Positions 6,519 through 7,321 of a stretch of DNA of 7,321 nucleotides are shown here, in pieces. The position numbers were made by a program, and so were the translations under genes. The stretch's first letter is position 1; each line of letters begins with the position of its first letter. The DNA lies in the NCBI GenBank assembly GCA_009103225.1, contig RHPI01001121.1:1-7321 (forward strand). The letters are read 5' to 3'. The DNA is from Chlorokybus atmophyticus (taxonomy: Eukaryota; Plantae; Mesostigma and Chlorokybus algae). Below the pieces are notes generated by a model. It did no database searches, had not been told where the DNA came from, and saw only the letters and a program-made list of their open reading frames with translations.

Positions 6519-6971
6519 GTGCAGGTCCACGGCTCGCAAGCTGACGTCGAGGCGCTATATGCAATTCCCTTCCAATGGTGGCACAAGCCAGGTGTTTGCT
6601 CAATTGTTGGGAGCGTCACTGTCTACCATGGCTTGTGACCTTTAGCTGAGCAGGCTGCTGCATGCCAATAACCCGCCCTGCTTTAAACATTGCTTACGGT
6701 ATCAACGACTACGCCAGGGGCGCCAAGAGCAACAACAACAAGGGCGATGAGGCCGCCATGCTCAAAGATATGGAGAGGGAGGTCGTTTCTGACTGGCCCA
6801 TGCCTGCTGCCAAGCGGCCAGTTTAAGCTCAGCTGACTGGCTCTTCGGTGGGGGAGGCAGCTGTCGCATCGCCGTTGAGACAGCCGGCGGCGGCAAGTGG
6901 GCTTTCTGTAGTCTGGTCACTTGTGCATGCGGCACTGCGTGGCACGTCCAGTGCCTCACATAGACAAGCTC
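6519..6971 (+). pseudogene. Degenerate coding fragment, one frameshift near 6660, ends at the foldback element
   Basis: Frame 3 reads VQVHGSQADVEALYAIPFQWWHKPGVCSIVGSVTVYHGL*PLAEQAAA. Frame 2 from 6662 reads MPITRPALNIAYGINDYARGAKSNNNKGDEAAMLKDMEREVVSDWPMPAAKRPV*AQLTGSSVGEAAVASPLRQ.... Third positions are strongly C/G at 6695-6784. Confidence 0.5.
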
Positions 6972-7321
6972 AGCTCCTCAGCAGCGGTTGTTGTTGAGGA
7001 GCTTCGCAGCAGGCCCTTGCGCTGCTCGGCCAATTGGCTTGCTGCTCAACATGCGTTGCCAAAGCAAAGCAAGTACCACTCTACACTGTGGTGCACGTAC
7101 ACGTAGGCCTATACTCGATTCGAGGCTCAAGCACGCCGGGCCGGCCTGGGGAGGGACGCAGTACGGGCAAGCGGCCTTAGGAATCTGTCTGCCAGTAGCA
7201 CGGATGAAGCGCATGCGACCTGGCTTTCTTTATTTCGACATGTTGTTTCGCTACATGTGTCCGCATGTTGAGCAGCGACCCCATTGGCCGAGCAGCGCAA
7301 CAGGCGAAAGCTCCTCAGCAA
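6972..7321. mobile_element. Non-autonomous foldback/MITE-like element with ~60-65 bp inverted repeats and a terminal hairpin; right end beyond window
   Basis: 7017-7034 is the reverse complement of 7283-7300 (18/18), 7041-7055 of 7262-7276 (15/15), and 6991-7002 of 7310-7321 (11/12). Local hairpin 6972-6985 / 6990-7003 has 12 Watson-Crick and 2 G-T pairs. No coding capacity, and the TSD cannot be assessed. Confidence 0.7.

Noticed and set aside
6577-6642. HTH-like AQLLGASLSTMACDL in track ORF 6433..6645
   Set aside because: Codon bias favours frame 3 over this frame and no transposase or regulator context follows.

Overview
This is eukaryotic-looking, roughly 50% GC, heavily decayed repeat/pseudogene DNA split by an 829-N assembly gap (3764-4592) and a 91-nt poly-G run (4593-4683). 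I see no intact gene, rRNA, complete tRNA or CRISPR array. The best-supported element is a degenerate Ty3/Gypsy-like retrotransposon gag at about 1-1745 (+). It has a capsid-like domain, two CCHC zinc knuckles (perhaps a third, broken) and a possible protease motif, and is broken by several frameshifts and stops. Further plus-strand stretches (1891-2151, 2410-3763, 4694-4990, 6519-6971) and one minus-strand ORF (5788-6183) look like coding remnants of families I cannot name. A foldback/MITE-like element with long inverted repeats starts at 6972 and runs off the window, and several isolated perfect hairpins occur. The most interesting cross-cutting observation is that in-frame stops are mostly TAA/TAG at positions where Gln fits. 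This points to either a TAR=Gln genetic code or strong non-CG cytosine deamination. All protein assignments come from manual translation and motif recognition, with no database searches.
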